Source: Octopus sinensis
Taxonomy: Eukaryota
Length of the DNA stretch: 64,000 bases
Direction: 5' to 3'
Assembly: GCF_006345805.1 (NCBI RefSeq)
Contig: NW_021832120.1
Location: 314,694 to 378,693 of the forward strand
Under the pieces are notes generated by a model. The model did no database searches and was not told the DNA's origin. It was given only the letters and a program-made list of their open reading frames with translations. Each line of letters starts with the position of its first letter. Position 1 is the first letter of the stretch. Below, in pieces: positions 60,835-64,000 of the stretch. Made by a program: the position numbers and the translations under genes.

Positions 60835-62238
60835 GGTACTTTTGTCGAAGTGGTCGCAGTTTTTTTAGAAGATAATTAAAATTAATTAATTTTTTTAGTG
60901 AAAAATAGATTATTTAATTTATAACCCTCTATCAATAATTTAAATGGTTATTAAAATTATTTAAAAATTTATTTAACCAATTTAGTCATTTTAGTACGCG
61001 GCATCCAAATTCCAGGACTGTAGAAGGAATTTATGTCTTTTACAATCTGTGCAAAAGATTCCTTATAGTTCTGTATTTGTTTTCGCCACATAAATTCTGA
61101 AAAAATAACTAACTAAAAAAACCTGCGAAATAAGATCCCAGATGATGTCTTACAGCTCCTCTTTGAGCTTTATTCTTGCATTTTGCACTTCCCCACATTC
61201 GTTCTACTGTCTGGGTGTGCACTCCCGTCGTTGGATCCACAAAGAATTTTCTGAATATATTATATTTCCTTACTTATGGTTAACGGTTTCGTGTGTGTAG
61301 CCGTTTTCAACCAATTGATCAGTTGAATACCCTAAATGTTAATCAAATAATGCTAACCTTTCCAGCAGTCACTATAAATAATGCTTCCCACCTCGACATA
61401 TCGAATTACTAGACTGAGCAGTGTTTCTCTGCTCCTATCCGCGACTGGTTGCAGAAAACACTGTTTGGTGGCTCGACAAATACCACCGAAGACCCACTGT
61501 TTTGGTAAAACTCTTCCAGAGTTGTTTTTCCGTTTGGAAAACATACTCTCGTCTACCTCCACAATCATACCAGGACCACCTGAAATAAACATTAATAATA
61601 CCAATTTTGCCGTCAGATCTTTTAACAAGTGCGTCCACACAGACTTCACGTAAAAACATAGCCCAATCGACATATGTATGTTCACCCCAATTGTATTCGT
61701 GATGAAGCCATTTGAAGGTATGCCTATCGTAACTCCATAAGTATATGTAGGCGATGACATCCTCAAATGGCAATCTACAATTCTCTAACCAGGTATCTAG
61801 AATTATTTGAGAGAAATTATACCTTTTTTAATAGAACATTGGACTCTACAACCAACTCTTGAGCATTTCCAATTGAGCTTCGGTCCCAAGACTAATTCCA
61901 TCTGATGTCCCTTCGGACATATACGTGATTTTGAAAGGATATCCACATTTTGCAGAAAATGCACTGCATCCTCCTTACTTATTGGGAGCTGTCGGAATTT
62001 GATGTTGCATAAGTCCACAACAGAATTTTCCATGTGACCTATAGTGCCAGTTTATATCAATATTAGGTACATGCTCGCCATAATATTAAAAAAATTAGAA
62101 AATAAATTAGTAAAAAATTTAATAATATTTTAAATTATTGATAGAGCGACTTAAATAAAATATAATATATTCCACCTCAAAAATTATTAGATTTTTTAAA
62201 AGGCCTAAAAAAACTGCGACCACTTCGACAAAAGTAAA
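60835..62238 (-). mobile_element. Merlin (IS1595/ISXO2-like) DNA transposon
   Basis: Perfect 32-bp inverted repeat 60837-60868 / 62205-62236 plus a shared subterminal CTCTATCAATAATTTAAA; no TSD recognised. Confidence 0.92.
60969..62033 (-). CDS. Merlin transposase, 6 exons, 313 aa, intact DDE
   Basis: Exons 62033-61823, 61796-61602, 61579-61358, 61331-61274, 61250-61123, 61096-60969 total 942 nt with no internal stop; VEVDES, SDCWKGY, VNH, HTQTVERMWG, SYFAEFMWR. Confidence 0.9.
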
Positions 62239-62857
62239 TTTATTCTGTTATAAAAATTATTTAAAAATACTCTTTCTTATATGAGGGAATCTTTTAAAGA
62301 TAGGTTCAAAATAAATGTTTAAATAAAAAGAAAGGGCAACTCTGTCGTTTGTGATCATCTATGTGCTATAAATCATCTATGTGCTAAAGTAAGGATTTTA
62401 ACTTTATTGCCATTTGAAGTTAACGCAGCATAGTTCGAAATGTAACTATTGGACGTGACATGTAAGGAATTATGGGCATTAATGTTTATTCGCCTTTCAG
62501 AATAACTTGAAATTTTGGAAAAGAAAAATTATTCGGTAAAATTAAGAGTGATATCAATGTCATATTAAAGAAACCTGAGATTGTGATTTTCAAAACTTGG
62601 AACTCTCTCCCGGATTCATTTTATAACTGAAAAAAATTTGACAATATTTAGATCACTTACAGTACCGATAAAAAAATTCGATTCGCATTTATTTAAAATA
62701 AATACTTAAGTTTCTATAAGCGTTTTTTTCTATTTGCAATGTTATTTTTTTGTGGTCCAATTCGACGAAAAATTTTTTGTGGAGTGTTTTGTTGATTCTC
62801 TCGTTGGTCCAAAGATGACTACAACAACAAGAAAATAGTTATACCTTATGCAATAAT

Positions 62858-63672
62858 TAGGGCAACCACAAAGTTGACCTAAAAAAAGCAAAAATTGACC
62901 TCCATAAAGTCAACAAAATTGATTCAAAAAAGATGAAAGTTTACCAGAATGTAGACCTAAAAAAAGTTTTTCAGATAATTTTTGTGCAATAATTTTTTCT
63001 GGAAACATGAATTATATAGAATCATATAATATTTGACGTTTTCAGTTTTAAAATTTCGGTCTTTGGCCAAAATTTTATGAAGAACTGAAAACAAGCGCTC
63101 TACTGATTAATGCAGGATTCCTTAGTTTATATAAATGAATATTTGCTGGAACAAATGCCTCAGTCAGATTTAGTGAAAAATCATTGGTATTAACAGTGGT
63201 GGGAAGAAACGTTTTAATCGCCTTTTTAGATTCGTTTATATGTGAAATATGTTTCTGTGTAAATCTGTGTTTTTCAACAAACCATTTTTTATGGCATGTT
63301 ACACAAATATCGCATAAATTACAATATAATGCTCCACCCGGGGTAATTGAAAATTCATTGGGAAATTCTTAGATAATTCTCAAGGCTTTCGAGTAGATAG
63401 ATTTTTTCGACTTAGGCATCACAACAACAATGAAATAATAATCAGCGTGGCTGAAAATTTGATATTTATATTTTTTAAAAATTTTTAAACGGAAAATTAA
63501 AAAATGACACAAAAATTGACAAAGTTGACCTAAAACATGAAAAATTGACAAAGTTGATCTAAAAAACTTTCAAAATAAAAGTTTTTTTAAAATAAAAATT
63601 GTATTTCTAGTATTTGTATGAAAGAATAATTATTTATTGTTGAGTTGACTTTATTGACTTTTGGTTGCCCTA
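62858..63672 (-). mobile_element. hAT element with CGGBP1-like zinc-finger N-terminus, internally deleted
   Basis: TIR TAGGGCAACCA; TSD G(C/T)AATAAT (62850-62857, 63673-63680); MPKSK...EFPNEF...LYCNLCDICV...HRFTQKH...EAFVPANI..YKLRNP with one stop. Confidence 0.8.
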
Positions 63673-64000
63673 GTAATAATATTAAAATAAATTAGTAAGG
63701 TAGAGGAGATCAACCTCCAGCTGACAACGGTCGGATTAACATCATTAAATAATATTAACCTAATTAATTCATTTGAATAAATCATTATTGGAAAAAAGTA
63801 AATCATTATTGGAAAATGTATTAACAAATAAAATCGCCTTAAAAAGCAAGGGTGCTTCAAGAAAAGGTTTTTGTTTGGGCGGAATTCGACTGTATTATTT
63901 CACGTGTTTATTTTTACGCTTGTATGTTTCGTAAAAAATTCTAAGATTAATTATAATACAAAAATTAAAATTGATAAAGATATAAAACATGTTAATATGA

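Noticed and set aside
60835-62238. Bacterial IS1595 element or bacterial contamination
   Set aside because: Five spliceosomal introns and a eukaryotic neighbourhood.
60825-62250. Target-site duplication for the Merlin element
   Set aside because: No 8-9 bp match between the flanks, and the right terminus lacks the expected CC; not claimed.

Overview
AT-rich eukaryotic genomic DNA (animal-like gene set, standard genetic code) whose spliceosomal introns are almost all 21-32 nt. That combination is most reminiscent of dicyemid-type miniaturised animal genomes; the organism is inferred, not verified. Apparently intact genes after manual splicing: a 14-exon TMC channel (459-2748), a malate-dehydrogenase-fold protein lacking catalytic motifs (42910-43924), tRNA-Phe(GAA) (44200-44271), and a Merlin transposase split by five micro-introns (60969-62033). 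The rest is mostly a dense nest of decayed transposons (pogo/Tigger, several hAT lineages, Ginger-like integrases, Helitron, RTE, APE-type LINEs, CRE-like and R4-like restriction-endonuclease retroelements). Interleaved are at least seven broken, intron-retaining copies of housekeeping or ciliary genes (katanin p60, GAR1, Elongin A, aminopeptidase P, Obg GTPase, CFAP157-like, DDX5/17). Top observations: DNA transposons carrying host-sized micro-introns; an RTE insertion with the full signature of twin priming; a hAT carrying a LINE fragment with a chimeric ORF; and a mosaic insertion bounded by a 20-bp direct repeat. All protein assignments are motif recognition by eye; no database search was run.
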